DNA of 64,000 nt from Candidatus Woesearchaeota archaeon. GTDB taxonomy: Archaea > Nanobdellota > Nanobdellia > Woesearchaeales > ARS49. The translations under genes were made by a program, and so were the position numbers. Under the pieces are notes generated by a model. That model worked only from the letters and a program-made list of their open reading frames with translations. It had not been told where the DNA came from and ran no database searches. Shown here piece by piece: positions 20,050 to 30,223 of the stretch (its first letter is position 1; each line of letters starts with the position of its first letter). The stretch spans positions 65,834 through 129,833 of the forward strand of contig JAWADY010000003.1 in assembly GCA_038891615.1 (NCBI GenBank), in the 5' to 3' direction.

Positions 20050-21024
20050 ATGAAGGTTTTAATCGTCGATAACAATGGGTGTTCTTTTCCAGATATTGGT
20101 TACCAAATTAAGCACACATTGGAAAAAGCAAGCCATGAAACAAGAACATTTAACTATCGCTTTTTAAAATTAAACAAATTTTTTTTAACAAATAGATTGT
20201 TAAACACTTTACTTATTAAATTTGCTCGTATTTGGCGTCCAGATCTGCTTTTGGTGATTAAAGGTGAGTCCCTTATTCCTGGAACGATATCAAAAATATC
20301 CGGCGAATCAATCACAACAGCAGCTTGGAATCCTGATGAGCCTTTTGGAGCTGTTCTCCCATTTAATAGAATTCGTAATCTCACTGAATATGATTACTAT
20401 TTCATTTATGATGAAAGATATGCTAAGCAGTTAAAAGAAATTAATCCAAATTCTTATTATCTTCCTTTCGGGCCAGATGTTGATGTTCATAGGGAGCAGA
20501 TTCCTCTTTGGATGAGGAGCTATAAATATGATATTTCTTTTGTAGGGACAGCTTATTCAAACAGGCAATATTTGCTTGAACAAATATCAAAAAAGCATTC
20601 TAGCCTTGCGATTTATGGTCATGGTTGGTCGCAAGCAAGCAAACAGCTCAAAAAATTTGTAAACAAAAAAGTTCCAATGGGGCCTGCTCTTGCTTATGTT
20701 TTTAACGAGTCAAAGATAAACCTGAATATTTATGGTCCTTCACAAAAGTTTGTAGTCCCAAATCCAAGAACTTTCGAGATTCCTGCTAGCAGAAATTTTC
20801 AGCTAGCAACTTACCATAAATCCATAACACGCCATTTTAAACCCGGCAAAGAGATTGTTTTATATCGAAATGAAGATGAACTTTTTGAACTCATTGATTG
20901 GTATCTTGACAATGATGAAGAAAGAGAAAAAGTTGCCCAGGCAGGCTATGATAGGGTTTTGAAAGAGCACACAATGAGGCATCGCTTACAAAGGATGTTT
21001 AAAATAATGAACATGAAATTGTGA
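20050..21024 (+). CDS. CgeB-like glycosyltransferase-family protein.
   Basis: 324 aa. The pattern ...YDISFVGTAYSNRQYLLEQ... resembles the CgeB/Glyco_trans_1_2 family. Confidence 0.5.
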   Translation: MKVLIVDNNGCSFPDIGYQIKHTLEKASHETRTFNYRFLKLNKFFLTNRLLNTLLIKFARIWRPDLLLVIKGESLIPGTISKISGESITTAAWNPDEPFGAVLPFNRIRNLTEYDYYFIYDERYAKQLKEINPNSYYLPFGPDVDVHREQIPLWMRSYKYDISFVGTAYSNRQYLLEQISKKHSSLAIYGHGWSQASKQLKKFVNKKVPMGPALAYVFNESKINLNIYGPSQKFVVPNPRTFEIPASRNFQLATYHKSITRHFKPGKEIVLYRNEDELFELIDWYLDNDEEREKVAQAGYDRVLKEHTMRHRLQRMFKIMNMKL

Positions 21025-22118
21025 ACATGCGAATTGCCATTTTGGTGGACTCGCTCCTTCAGAAAGGTGGAGTGGAAAGAGTGCTTTTACAGCAGCTTAT
21101 GGCTTTTAAAGGTCATACTGTTGATATAATTGCTGGTAGATATGATTCTCAGTCAACATTTAAAGAATTTCAATCTGCGAATATTTTTTCTTTAATAAAA
21201 AACAAAGAGCCAGGTCCAATGGCTAGGTTGCAATTAGAGCTTGCATTTCAAAAACTTCGTTTAAAGGGATACGATCTGTATATCCTTCATGGAGGTTCAT
21301 CACTGAGAGCTGCAAGAGCCCATCGACCAAATATTTGGTATTGTCATGCGCCTATGCGTTGGGTTTACGACCTCTTTGGTGAAGAACTTTCAAAAAGAAA
21401 AGGTATAAACAAAATATTTTATTCTCTTGCCTGCAAATGGCTTCGCACAAGGGATTTACAATCAATCAAAAATATAGACATAATCATTTCTAACTCCAAA
21501 TTCACGGCTGCGCGAGTCAAGCAGTACTTTCAAAGAGATTCTTTTGTTATTTATCCAGCTGTCGACATCGAAAAGTTTAGGTGGCGAAAAAACAAAGGCT
21601 ATTATCTTTCAACAGCGAGACTTGATCCCATAAAAAGGGTTCATTTAGCTGTCCAAGCTTTTCAACGTATGCCAGAGAAGAGGCTCATAGTCATGAGTCA
21701 TGGCAGAGAAGAGGAAAGAATCAAAAAAATGTGTTTGGGCTATCCGAACATAACTTTTTTAGGTGAGCAGGACGAGACAGAAATGAGAAAATTACTCAGT
21801 CAGTCAATTGCTACGCTTTATCTTTCCCACAAAGAAGATTTTGGGATAACACCAGTCGAAAGCTTGGCTGCCGGTAAGCCGTGTATAGTCTCGAATGAAG
21901 GAGGCCTTACCGAAACAATAATTGATAAAAAAACTGGTTTGTTGATTGAGCCTACTCAAATAGAAAATATTATTCGAGCTGTTAATTGGCTAACTCCTGA
22001 ACGTGCTGAATGCATGCGTGCACTTTGTCAAAGACGCGCAAAATTATTTTCTCTAAAAACTTTTATCAAAAAAATGAAAGCAGTGGTTTCTAGACTCACA
22101 AACGTCGAAGAAATTTGA
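21021..22118 (+). CDS. GT4 glycosyltransferase.
   Basis: C-terminal EDFGITPVESLAAGKPCIVSNEGGLTE motif. Confidence 0.8.
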   Translation: MNMRIAILVDSLLQKGGVERVLLQQLMAFKGHTVDIIAGRYDSQSTFKEFQSANIFSLIKNKEPGPMARLQLELAFQKLRLKGYDLYILHGGSSLRAARAHRPNIWYCHAPMRWVYDLFGEELSKRKGINKIFYSLACKWLRTRDLQSIKNIDIIISNSKFTAARVKQYFQRDSFVIYPAVDIEKFRWRKNKGYYLSTARLDPIKRVHLAVQAFQRMPEKRLIVMSHGREEERIKKMCLGYPNITFLGEQDETEMRKLLSQSIATLYLSHKEDFGITPVESLAAGKPCIVSNEGGLTETIIDKKTGLLIEPTQIENIIRAVNWLTPERAECMRALCQRRAKLFSLKTFIKKMKAVVSRLTNVEEI

Positions 22119-22190
22119 AAGGTATAACACAAATAAATATAAATTTAAATGACTTCATGAAATCCAAGCAAATGCCTCCTCTAAAAGGAC

Positions 22191-23450
22191 TTAAATGGAT
22201 TTGTTTCTCTCAAGTAAGTTGATGTGTATTTGGCTGTCTTTTTCATTTTCGTATATTTTTTCAATAAAATATAACAGTTTTTTTGCATAGATTGAGTAAT
22301 CAAGCGTTCTTGCTCTTGCAAATGCTTTTTCTGCCATTTGCTTTCTAATAGAAGGATTTTTCAGCAGATATTCAATGCATTCCCTTAACTCTTTTGTGTC
22401 GCCCCTTCTAAATATCAGTCCTTCTTTGCCATGCCTGATATACTCTTCTATGCCTTCGATGTCGCTTGTTACTATTGGGGTGCCTGCGGCCATGGCTTCG
22501 AGTAGAGCATTTGGGAATCCTTCGTGAAGGGAGCAGGAGACGAATATGTCTGCTGTCTTATAGTAATCTTTCATCCTGCTCCAAGGGACTCGGCCAACTG
22601 AAATTATTCTTTCTTTACACCATTCTGGGACATTCCATTCAAATTTATCTCCAACATGAATCAGCTTAAGCTCCTTAAATTTTGCAAAAAGCTCTGGTAA
22701 AATTTGTTCAAGGTAAATAACTCCTTTTCTGATTCTTTCTTTGTTACCTGCAGAAACAAATAATAATTTTATTCCTTTGATTGGTAATTTTTTGTTTTGT
22801 TGCAACTCATTAAACTTAACGCCAGAACATGGCACAAAGAAAGGAGCAAGAATCTTACCATAATTAGCAAATATCAGTTTTTGTGTTTTTCGCGAAGGGA
22901 AAAGAAATGCTGCAGCGTTTTTCACACATAGTGCTTCTAGTCGTGCCTGGATTATTGCGTAGTGAATTTTTCGCGCAAATCGTGAGACTAATGAAGAATA
23001 GTTTTTTGCAATTTTCATATTTCGTAAAAAAACTTGCGCAGGCTGATTTATTCGCAAAACATATCTTTGCTTCAATACGCCCAACGCTCCAAGAGCATTT
23101 GCAATGATTATGTCTCCCGCAAGAGCAGGATTTTTTTTGAAGTATCTGCTTACATGCCAGCCGAGAATTATATAGCTTAGGTTCTGGCCTATAAAAGGAA
23201 TTTTTGGAGCAAAACAATCAAAACGATATATTTCTGCATAATGCTTTTTTTCAAATGAAGGCACTTTTTTAGAAGTTCTTCCACATAGAATTATAACCTT
23301 GTATCCTTTTTTTGATGCATATTTTGCAAACTCTTCAAAGAAGCCAGCGTATGAACCGCTATTTTCATTAAATACCTTGCATATTAAATATATTTTTTTC
23401 ATAGTTAACTTATATTTTATCTTTTTCCGCAAGAGCCCAAATCTTGTCAC
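22191..23450 (-). CDS. GT4 glycosyltransferase.
   Basis: C-terminal EGFPNALLEAMAAGTPIVTSDIEG motif. Confidence 0.8.
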   Translation of the reverse strand: MTRFGLLRKKIKYKLTMKKIYLICKVFNENSGSYAGFFEEFAKYASKKGYKVIILCGRTSKKVPSFEKKHYAEIYRFDCFAPKIPFIGQNLSYIILGWHVSRYFKKNPALAGDIIIANALGALGVLKQRYVLRINQPAQVFLRNMKIAKNYSSLVSRFARKIHYAIIQARLEALCVKNAAAFLFPSRKTQKLIFANYGKILAPFFVPCSGVKFNELQQNKKLPIKGIKLLFVSAGNKERIRKGVIYLEQILPELFAKFKELKLIHVGDKFEWNVPEWCKERIISVGRVPWSRMKDYYKTADIFVSCSLHEGFPNALLEAMAAGTPIVTSDIEGIEEYIRHGKEGLIFRRGDTKELRECIEYLLKNPSIRKQMAEKAFARARTLDYSIYAKKLLYFIEKIYENEKDSQIHINLLERNKSI

Positions 23451-24045
23451 CCGCAGGATTATAGCACCATTTTTTTAATTTGAAGCCATTCTCAGAGAAT
23501 ATCTTTTCTAAGCTTTTTATTGTGTAATACCACTGGTAGACTGGAGCGCCGTTTAATCTTCGCCAAAGGTTTTTAATCAAAAATATTGAGAGCCATTTTG
23601 GCGATTGCCAATCAAGCCTAGGTACAAAACACAGTATCTTTCCTTTAGGTTTTAAAACCCTTCGCGCTTCGTGCAAGATTTTGTTTTGTTCATCTAGTGT
23701 AAAATGCTCAAGGGTTCCAATGTCGAGCCATGCATCAAAATATTCTGGAGGATATTTTGTATCCCTTATGTCTCTTTTTTCAATAGTCATTCTAAGTTCT
23801 TTTTTAGCTTTCTTTATCATTTTCTCATCTGTATCAAACCCTCTTACTTTTGTGTAGCCGCTATCTTTCAGAACTTTTAAAATCCTGCCGAAGCTTGCTC
23901 CTGCTTCAACAATTTTTGCATTTTTTGGAATAAACTTTTTGATAAATGGTAGCAATGCAGTCTTTGCGTCTTCAATCCATTCTGTTGTTGATTTTTGGCT
24001 AAAGTGATCTGCCCAGGAGTGCATTTTATATTGCTTGAGCATCAT
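23410..24045 (-). CDS. Class I SAM-dependent methyltransferase.
   Basis: IVEAGASFGRIL motif I, followed by the acidic and D/EH motifs. Confidence 0.65.
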   Translation of the reverse strand: MMLKQYKMHSWADHFSQKSTTEWIEDAKTALLPFIKKFIPKNAKIVEAGASFGRILKVLKDSGYTKVRGFDTDEKMIKKAKKELRMTIEKRDIRDTKYPPEYFDAWLDIGTLEHFTLDEQNKILHEARRVLKPKGKILCFVPRLDWQSPKWLSIFLIKNLWRRLNGAPVYQWYYTIKSLEKIFSENGFKLKKWCYNPAGDKIWALAEKDKI

Positions 24046-24046
24046 T

Positions 24047-25525
24047 TTAAATAGCAGACTTTATGATGTTTTTAATCTCTTTTAAACTTGTTGTTTTTAG
24101 TGTTATGAGAAACAAAAGGTAAATGAGTGAAGCTACTACTATTGTGATTGGTATTTCAATAAGTACATTGATAATAAGTAATTTTTTTAGCACAAATAAT
24201 GTACCTACAAATGCTGCACTTGCAACAATAACTTTGGCATAATCAAAAAGTGGAATTTTATTTTCAACAAACCTGTTTAGTATTGTCGTTGAAAGTGCCG
24301 CGTTGATAAGTCCTGTTGTTAGTGCAGTGATGGATGCTCCAACTATGCCAAGAAGAGGAATAAGCAGTAGGTTCAGCAAAACACTAAGAGCCGCAATTGA
24401 AAGACTTATTGCAGTCTGGATTTTTGGCTTGTTTATTGCTAGCAAAAGTCTTCCATTTATTAAAGCAATGCTCCCAAATATTGTACCAACAGACAGTAGG
24501 CGCACAGGAATTGCTGCAGGCAAATACTTTTCGCCAAAGAAGAGATTGATTATTACTTCTGGGAATGCAAATAGTGAAAGCGCAAGAGGCGACAAGATGA
24601 TAAAAGTCCATTTTTGAAGTTTTGTTATGCTTTCTCTGAGCCTTTTGTCAGCAAGTGCATAGAGTTCAGAAGCCATAGGCAGAATAACTGGCGAGACGGC
24701 TTTTCCTATATATCCAATTAGGTTTGCTATTGGTATAGCAACATTGTAATAGCCCACGTCCGATAATGGCCTAAAGTATGTTAATATGATTGTGTCAGCA
24801 TATCCTAGAATAGCACTTCCCATAAGTCCGACAATCACTGTCAAACCAAAATATAGCAGTTTTTTAAATAAGTGCCAGTCAAATGATGCTGGAATGACAA
24901 AGAATTTTGGAAATGTTTTAAGAAGAAAAATCATAAAGACAACTGGCACGAGTGCGAAGGAGATCAAATTGGCATAGGCTGGAGCCATGGTCTTTAAACC
25001 AAGTCTAAAAAATAAATAGGTTGTAACAAAAATAGCTGCATTTCCGAATAAGTCAATAAGTGCTGACAAAACAGGCTTCTTAAAGCTAACAAACAGAGCC
25101 GCAAAAAATGTCTCAAAAGTTGAAAGAAGAAATGAAATTGCAAGAACAATGATAATTCCTGCTGCGGCTTCGTTTTTGAAATAATTCTTGCCTAACCAGT
25201 TAGATAAGATAATTGCTACAGTTGTGAAAAGGCTAAGAATTAATGCTTGCACAAGAAAGAGATATACAAGCGAATTTTTTGCACTTTTAAAGTCGCCTTT
25301 TGTTCTGAATTCAGCAACATATCTTGAAACTGAAACATTTAATCCAAGTGCTTTGAAGCCCATGAAAAAGCTGAGAAATGAGAAGACTGCAAAAAAAAGC
25401 CCATACTCTGATGGACTCAGATTTCTTGCTAGCAAGATTCTGAATAGATAACCGACAAATGCGGACGCAATAAGGATGATAAAAACTAACCAAGTTCCCC
25501 GCACAAAATATCTCGTGTAATTCAT
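24047..25525 (-). CDS. MOP-superfamily oligosaccharide flippase (Wzx/AglR-like polysaccharide biosynthesis protein).
   Basis: 492 aa with about 12-14 TM helices. It lies inside a glycosyltransferase cluster. Confidence 0.7.
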   Translation of the reverse strand: MNYTRYFVRGTWLVFIILIASAFVGYLFRILLARNLSPSEYGLFFAVFSFLSFFMGFKALGLNVSVSRYVAEFRTKGDFKSAKNSLVYLFLVQALILSLFTTVAIILSNWLGKNYFKNEAAAGIIIVLAISFLLSTFETFFAALFVSFKKPVLSALIDLFGNAAIFVTTYLFFRLGLKTMAPAYANLISFALVPVVFMIFLLKTFPKFFVIPASFDWHLFKKLLYFGLTVIVGLMGSAILGYADTIILTYFRPLSDVGYYNVAIPIANLIGYIGKAVSPVILPMASELYALADKRLRESITKLQKWTFIILSPLALSLFAFPEVIINLFFGEKYLPAAIPVRLLSVGTIFGSIALINGRLLLAINKPKIQTAISLSIAALSVLLNLLLIPLLGIVGASITALTTGLINAALSTTILNRFVENKIPLFDYAKVIVASAAFVGTLFVLKKLLIINVLIEIPITIVVASLIYLLFLITLKTTSLKEIKNIIKSAI

Positions 25526-25723
25526 GCCGACCCTATACAGAAGAGCCCATTATAAAGCTTGTGAACTCTATAACTAATGTAACTATAGCAGTCTTTCTCA
25601 AGCCATTAAAGCTCATCTAATTTTCCACATTGTAGCTGTCTTCAGCAATTTCTTAGGCCGTTGCTCTTAGCCTTATAACAATAATTAATATCAGCTAACA
25701 TAACTTTTTAGTTCTCATGCAGT

Positions 25724-26352
25724 TCATAATTTTCGCATAATTGCTATGATGGATTCTCCGAATAGAAAATGGAAAATTTTATTAATCTTATCACTTAGAT
25801 ATGTCCTTAACAGAGGAATCCAAGCGCCTTCTGTTGTTAGTTCTTCGATATTAAATCCATACCATTTTGAAAGCAATTTTATTTCGTTTAATGTAACTTG
25901 ATTTATGTGCTCTTCAGGTGCACCAGCCTTTGCAGACAATGGAAATCTCCTAAATTTCCCATAGAGCAAGAAATATATGCGCTCATATAGCGATTGTAGA
26001 TTTGGTGTACTCAAGAAAAAAATCCTCCTTTTTTCAACATTTTATGCACATCTCTAAAAAGTTTGTGAGGATTTTCAATGTGCTCTATGATTTCTGTGCA
26101 AATAACAACATCAAACTTGTTTCTAAAGCGTGGAACATCTTTGTTTATGTCAAATTCGATAAACTTTATTCTTTTTTCAACAATGCGCGGCTTTACAACA
26201 TCCATTGCGCAAACATTAAAGCCGTACTTTAGCGCTATTTTTGTGTGGCGAAAAGTGGGTCCACAACCTAAATCCAAAAGTAAACCTCCCCCAATTCTTT
26301 TACAAAAATTCTCAACATGTTCCATAATTTTTAAATCGGTATGTGAGGTCAT
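25724..26352 (-). pseudogene. SAM-dependent methyltransferase split by a frameshift.
   Basis: ORF 26011-26352 encodes methyltransferase motif I (LLLDLGCGPTF...VVICTEIIEH). ORF 25724-26014 continues in another frame, overlapping by 4 nt at an A7 homopolymer (about 26016-26025). Confidence 0.5.
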
Positions 26353-26439
26353 GCGAACCTACCCCTCATCTGTCAAGACTGCTGTTTTTTGCTTCGAAAG
26401 CAAAAGAAGATTTAAATAGTTTGTGATTTACACGGGCTT

Positions 26440-26724
26440 ATGCCAAAAGAAGGCAAGAACTTTGAGAAAGAAAGTTTTGGTTTTGCGGCATACGCAATTT
26501 TGTTATCATTGCTTTTAATCCTTATGCTCCTTCACCTTTTTAGGCTTTATCCAATCGTTGTTGACAAGTTTACTTTTTATATCATAAGCCTTGTTTTTGT
26601 TCTCTTGCTGTTGCCAATTGTTCGCTACATAAAGTTTTTTGGTCTTGTTGAGGTTAGGAAGGAGATTGAAGAATTGAGGCGCCAGCTTTTGACTGTAAAA
26701 GCGCTTGCATCAAGGGCAAGATAA
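26440..26724 (+). CDS. Small 2-TM membrane protein (hypothetical).
   Basis: 94 aa, two hydrophobic helices and a basic C-terminus. Confidence 0.35.
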   Translation: MPKEGKNFEKESFGFAAYAILLSLLLILMLLHLFRLYPIVVDKFTFYIISLVFVLLLLPIVRYIKFFGLVEVRKEIEELRRQLLTVKALASRAR

Positions 26725-26731
26725 ATCTTTT

Positions 26732-27709
26732 TTATTGACTTTTTGCGCGTTTAGCAAGATACCACTCAACAAACCTTGTCATTCCTTCTTCAATTGTTGT
26801 TCTTGGCTCCCAGCCAAGAATTGCCTTTGCTTTTGAGATATCAGCATGCGTGATTGGAACATCTGCTCGTTGTTCTGGAAGTTTTTGTATGATTGCTTTT
26901 TTTCCAACAAGTTTTTCAATAAGCGAAACAAATTGGTTTAACTCCACAGGTTTGTTATTGCCAAGATTAATTATTTCGAAGGCAAAGCGCTTCTCGGTCG
27001 CTGCGAGGATTCCTGAAATAATATCGTCAATAAAAGTATAATCGCGCTTTGATGTCCCGTCACCATAAATCTCTATTGTTGCTTCCTTTAAAATCTTTTC
27101 AGTAAACTTATACGGCGCCATGTCTGGCCGTCCACGTGGGCCATAAACAGTGAAGAGCCTTAAGCAGGCAATTGAGAGGCCATAAAGATTGTGGTATGTT
27201 CTACACATTAACTCCGCAGAGAGCTTTGTTGCGGCATACGGTGATGCTGGTTCATTCAATGGCTCCTTTTCTGAAAATGGAAGATGACTATTTTTGCCAT
27301 AGACGGACGAAGAAGAGGCAAAAATAAACCTTTTCACACCGAATTTCCTTGAGCATTCAAGTAGATTTGTTGTTCCGCCAACATTCACTTCGGCATATAG
27401 CTTTGGATTCTCAATCGAGGCACGAACTCCGGCTCTAGCAGCAAGGTGTATAACTAGTTCAAAATTATGAGTAGCAAATATTTGGTCAAGGGGAGCTCTT
27501 ATATCGGCTTTGTAAAATGTGAAAGTCTTTTTCTTTTTTAGTTCTAATATGTTTTCGCATTTGAAAGCTGGGTTATAGTAATCATTTAGGTCATCGATGC
27601 AAACAACATCATCCCCTCTTGCTAGTAACTTCTCGCAAAGATGACTTCCAATGAAGCCAGCTCCACCAGTAACTAGAACGCGGCTCACTTCGCTTTCCCT
27701 TTCAACCAA
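26732..27709 (-). CDS. NAD-dependent epimerase/dehydratase (UDP-glucuronate 4-epimerase-like).
   Basis: VLVTGGAGFIGSHLCEKLLARGDDVVCIDD Rossmann motif and YAATK catalytic motif. Confidence 0.8.
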   Translation of the reverse strand: MVERESEVSRVLVTGGAGFIGSHLCEKLLARGDDVVCIDDLNDYYNPAFKCENILELKKKKTFTFYKADIRAPLDQIFATHNFELVIHLAARAGVRASIENPKLYAEVNVGGTTNLLECSRKFGVKRFIFASSSSVYGKNSHLPFSEKEPLNEPASPYAATKLSAELMCRTYHNLYGLSIACLRLFTVYGPRGRPDMAPYKFTEKILKEATIEIYGDGTSKRDYTFIDDIISGILAATEKRFAFEIINLGNNKPVELNQFVSLIEKLVGKKAIIQKLPEQRADVPITHADISKAKAILGWEPRTTIEEGMTRFVEWYLAKRAKSQ

Positions 27710-28644
27710 TCAATCGTTTTTTTCAGTCCTTCTTCAAGAGTTGTTTTTGGCTTGTAACAAAAGGCCTTTTCTGCCTTTGAGATATCTGCTTTAGACCTTC
27801 TAATCTCTCCCTGCCTTGGTTGTTCTCTTATTACTTTAAAATCCTTTCCAACAAGCTTTCCGACCAGTTTCGCAAGTTCATTAATGGTTGTTTCTTTGCC
27901 GCTACCAATGTTGAAGAGCTCAAATGGTGGTGTCTTTTTTTGAAGAACTGCACTAGCCCATCTTGCGGCCAAAATTGTTGTTCCGATGATATCGTCTATA
28001 TACACAAAATCGCGGGATTGTTCACCATCGCCGTATATTATTATTTCGCCCCTAAGCGCGCCTTCTATAAACCTTGGCACGACGGCATAACCAGCTGTGT
28101 TTTGTCCATACCCAAAGACATTGAAATAGCGGAGGCAAAGGACAGGTAGCCCATATTCTTTGGCATAAGAAAAGGCTTGCATTTCATTAGTGGCTTTTGT
28201 TATAGCATATGGCGTAAAAGGAAAGATTTTGTGATGCTCGCACTGTAGTGGCGCGCTGCTTTGACCATAAACAGCTGCCGAGGATGCAATGACAACCGCT
28301 TTTACCTCATTTTTTTTGGCTGCCTCAAGAACAGAAGCTGTGCCAATGATATTAGTTCTGTAGTACTCATTCCAGTCTTTCCATGAATCGAGTGCAGACT
28401 GTTTTGCGGCGTAATGCAAAATGTAATCTGCACCTTTAAACGCGTCAACGAGTTTGTCGGTATTTGTTATGTCTATTTCTTTGAAATCAATCTTTTGTGA
28501 AGAGAGCAACTGCTCGAGATTCTCTTTGGAACCATGAGCACTTAAATTATCTATTACAACTACGCTATCTTCACTTTTAGCCAGCCTTTGTGAGAGTGCG
28601 CTTCCAATAAAACCGGCTCCTCCTGTTACAACAAACCTTGCCAT
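27685..28644 (-). CDS. NAD-dependent epimerase/dehydratase (UDP-sugar 4-epimerase-like).
   Basis: FVVTGGAGFIGSAL Rossmann motif and YAITK catalytic motif. Confidence 0.8.
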   Translation of the reverse strand: MARFVVTGGAGFIGSALSQRLAKSEDSVVVIDNLSAHGSKENLEQLLSSQKIDFKEIDITNTDKLVDAFKGADYILHYAAKQSALDSWKDWNEYYRTNIIGTASVLEAAKKNEVKAVVIASSAAVYGQSSAPLQCEHHKIFPFTPYAITKATNEMQAFSYAKEYGLPVLCLRYFNVFGYGQNTAGYAVVPRFIEGALRGEIIIYGDGEQSRDFVYIDDIIGTTILAARWASAVLQKKTPPFELFNIGSGKETTINELAKLVGKLVGKDFKVIREQPRQGEIRRSKADISKAEKAFCYKPKTTLEEGLKKTIDWLKGKAK

Positions 28645-29945
28645 TATTTTACTGAGACAGCTCTTCCAATTGAAAAGTATTTTATACCAAGCTGGTGCAT
28701 TCTTTGAGGGTCATATATGTTCCTGCCGTCAAATATGATTGGTTGCTTTAGTTGTTTTTTTATCCTTTCTATCCTCAAATGCTTGAATTCATCCCATTCC
28801 GTTAGAATGAGCAGCGCATCTGCGTTTTCAGCAGCAGCATAAGGATTGGTGCAGTATGTGATATTTTTGAGAATCTTTTTTGCATTTTCCATTGCCTTTG
28901 GGTCATAAGCAGCTATTCCTGCACCAAGCTCCTGCAACTTGGATATTATATCGATTGATGGTGCGAAGCGCATATCATCTGTGTTTGGTTTGAAGGCTAA
29001 GCCAAGCACACCCAATCTCTTGCCTTTCACTCCCCCAAGCTCTTTTTCTATCTTTTCAACAAAATACTTGCGCTGACTGACATTTATTTCAGATACTGCC
29101 TTCAGCAGAGATGGCGTGATGCCGTGGCGTTCAAATGTGTGAATAAATGCATCTAAATCTTTTGGAAAACAAAAACCACCATATCCTATTCCTGCTTTCA
29201 GAAAATCGTAACCTATTCTTTTATCAGCTCCAATGCCTTTCATAACAACTTCGATGTCAGCCCCTGCTGCTTCGCAAAGCCGCGAAACCAGGTTTGCATA
29301 TGAAATTTTCATTGCCAAAAACGCATTAGAGGCATGTTTGATGAGTTCTGCGCTACGCATATCTGTATGAATGATTGGAGCATTAAAAGGCTTGTAAAGC
29401 TCTGTAAGAATGGCATCCGCCTTTTGGCTGTCAGTACCAATAACAATTCTATCAGGATTCATTGCGTCTTTGAGCGCAGAACCCTCCCTCAAGAACTCAG
29501 GATTTACTGCAATGTCGAAGTCAGCCTTTTCTAAATATTTTTGCATGAGCTCCTTCATCCAGTCTGCTGTCATAACTGGTACTGTGCTTTTTTCAACAAT
29601 AACCTTATAGCCTTTCATTGATTTTGATATCTCTTTTGCAACATGTTCAATTGATGTAAGGTCTGGGCTGCCATCTTTTTTTGGCGGAGTGCCGACGCAA
29701 ATAAAAACAACTTCAGAATCCTTTATTCCACTTGCAATATCAGTCGTAAACCTCAACCTTCCTTCTGATTTATGGGCAAGAACAAGCTCTTCTAGGCCAG
29801 GCTCGTATATCGGAATTTTTTCATTCTTTAGCAGCTCAATCTTTTTTTTATCATTATCAATACAGACGACTTGGTTTCCTTTTTCTGCAAACACAGCGCC
29901 TGTTACAAGCCCAACATATCCAGAACCAATTATGGAAAGTCTCAT
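28644..29945 (-). CDS. UDP-glucose/UDP-sugar 6-dehydrogenase (AglM-like).
   Basis: MRLSIIGSGYVGLVTGAVFAEKGNQVVCID N-terminus and the catalytic GFCFPKD cysteine motif. Confidence 0.85.
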   Translation of the reverse strand: MRLSIIGSGYVGLVTGAVFAEKGNQVVCIDNDKKKIELLKNEKIPIYEPGLEELVLAHKSEGRLRFTTDIASGIKDSEVVFICVGTPPKKDGSPDLTSIEHVAKEISKSMKGYKVIVEKSTVPVMTADWMKELMQKYLEKADFDIAVNPEFLREGSALKDAMNPDRIVIGTDSQKADAILTELYKPFNAPIIHTDMRSAELIKHASNAFLAMKISYANLVSRLCEAAGADIEVVMKGIGADKRIGYDFLKAGIGYGGFCFPKDLDAFIHTFERHGITPSLLKAVSEINVSQRKYFVEKIEKELGGVKGKRLGVLGLAFKPNTDDMRFAPSIDIISKLQELGAGIAAYDPKAMENAKKILKNITYCTNPYAAAENADALLILTEWDEFKHLRIERIKKQLKQPIIFDGRNIYDPQRMHQLGIKYFSIGRAVSVK

Positions 29946-30007
29946 GAAGGCTGTTAAAGGTAATCTCTTTATAAAAATTTTGCTACTTCAGAATAGCATC
30001 TTGTTAT

Positions 30008-30021
30008 AGAAAAATTTATAA
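30008..30021 (+). promoter_or_regulatory. BRE-TATA promoter for the 5S rRNA.
   Basis: Purine-rich AGAAAAA followed by TTTATAA, ending 23 nt upstream of the predicted 5S 5' end. Confidence 0.4.
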
Positions 30022-30043
30022 GGAAAAGCGGATGAAAAATTAA

Positions 30044-30155
30044 TAGGACGGCCATAGGGGCTGGGTTCTACCCGTTCCCATTCGAACACGGCAGTCAAAC
30101 CAGCCTCCGTAGCTGAGTGTACTGCGTTACGCGGGAAATCAGCTAAGCTGTCCAC
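30044..30155 (+). rRNA. rrf: 5S ribosomal RNA, stand-alone.
   Basis: Matches the archaeal 5S consensus (...GGCCATAG...CCCGTTCCCATTCGAACACGG.AGT.AAAC...). The terminal helix pairs GGACGGC with GCTGTCC. A T-run (30156-30159) follows. Confidence 0.75.
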
Positions 30156-30223
30156 TTTTACATCTTTGCTTGAAAAAGAAGTTTCTTAAAAGAGCTAAAA
30201 GTTCTAGATGAAATTTATGTTTT

